A stretch of DNA of 63,744 nucleotides, the filler included, from Atractiella rhizophila (taxonomy: Eukaryota), in assembly GCA_021432655.1 (NCBI GenBank). It is 9 parts of 9 records of this genome, joined end to end, with 100 filler letters (N's around TTAATTAATTAA, not from the genome) between each part and the next. Parts side by side here need not be neighbours in the genome. Positions count along the whole stretch, not along the records: positions 61,966 to 63,744 come from MU272204.1; 8 more parts are not named here. One strand, written 5' to 3'. Shown one piece after another: positions 62,911-63,744 of this stretch (its first letter is position 1; each line of letters opens with the position of its first letter). The position numbers and the translations under genes are program-made. The notes beneath the pieces are model-generated. The model saw nothing but the letters and a program-made list of their open reading frames with translations, had not been told where the DNA came from and ran no database searches.

Positions 62911-63744
62911 ATGAGTAAGAAGGTCGTAAGGGTTGGAATCATTGGCAGGTCTGTGGCAGTCTCGCATTTGCTATGGTGCCCCATTGATCGTGTTTGACAG
63001 TGGTCTTTCGGGTCTTGTGGCTGCTAATTTACTCAACTTTTATAATAAACAAGATGACGAACAGGTGGAGTACGATGTGAGCAATCGTTCAGCTCTTAAC
63101 CGATGAAAACTAATGGCAGTCGGTGAACAGGTACACCTTTTTGAGCGAGTGAGTATTCCTACCCGCTTTGTCTCCTCTAGCTCATGCCTACGAAGGCCTC
63201 GACGCTCGGTATGGATGCCAATTCCCATACCATAACAGCTCCTTCCGGTGCTCCTTTCAGGGTTGACTCGCCCATGCGTGCGATGCAAGGAGGTAGCCGT
63301 TCCTCTTTTAGCATCTCGAAATCTAGAGCTGAATGATCATTGTGAACAGGGACACACGATCGTGTATTCAAGCTGTATGAATATTTAGGGATCCCCCTAA
63401 CTCAGAAGAACTTCGACTACTCCTTCTTCATCGCCAACTCCCGATCCTCTTCGTCTCGTCTCGTCTATGAAGGCTCGAATGGATTCGGCACTTTTCCTCC
63501 TTTCAAACTCAATCCTAGCTCCTCAGTGTGGGAGTATATCTCTATCTCCATTGCCTACGTCCTCCTGGTCGTCTTCTCCTTTGGCCTCCGAGTCCTGCCA
63601 AAGGGTTCAACGAAGATTGACGACTGGGAACTGGGGGACTTGGAGAAAGTGCCATTCGTTAGAGGGAGATTTCTGGAGGAAATTCTAGTGCCATTATTTG
63701 CTTGTGTCTGCACTGCAGACGTTGGGAAAATCAAGCAACTTCCA
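62911..63744 (+). CDS. FAD-dependent oxidoreductase (amine oxidase-like Rossmann fold), 3'-truncated
   Basis: Spliced MSKKVVRVGIIGS|GLSGLVAA (GxGxxG), VHLFER|ASTLGMDANS...RVDSPMRAMQGG|THDRVFKLYEYLGI...NFDYSF; open to the window end. Largely missed by the ORF track. Confidence 0.82.

Noticed and set aside
63395..63690. Minus-strand frame with TGA interruptions as a pseudogene or selenoprotein
   Set aside because: It is the antisense shadow of the open plus-strand FAD oxidoreductase exon.

Overview
Intron-rich fungal DNA, most likely a basidiomycete (short GT-AG introns, CTRAC branch points; Pucciniomycotina-like is an inference). The window is not one locus. It is nine contigs joined by artificial 100-bp spacers (44 N + TTAATTAATTAA + 44 N), plus one real scaffold gap at 2597-3554, so gene neighbourhoods across spacers mean nothing. 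Recognisable genes: Ist3/RBMX2, a Vps64/Far10-like FHA protein, an ABCC transporter, a Psr1/CTDSP phosphatase, two tandem paralogues each with a duplicated F-box-like module, a HAM1-like protein, DUF2264, a KDM5 demethylase, a disrupted CMC/EnSpm (tnp2) transposon, an Ams2/Spt21-like protein, NDUFB4, a taxilin-like protein, Isd11, Pop3, a Dicer-like helicase, Jjj1, Pho8, an RlpA/expansin-like secreted protein, a TAP-like hydrolase and an FAD oxidoreductase. The most striking observation is at 43065-43372: a TATA-preceded box H/ACA snoRNA whose first guide pocket matches LSU rRNA Psi2944 (the yeast snR37 target) and is split by a 66-nt spliceosomal intron, so the guide would only assemble after splicing. 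All calls come from reading the sequence by eye; no searches or folding programs were run.
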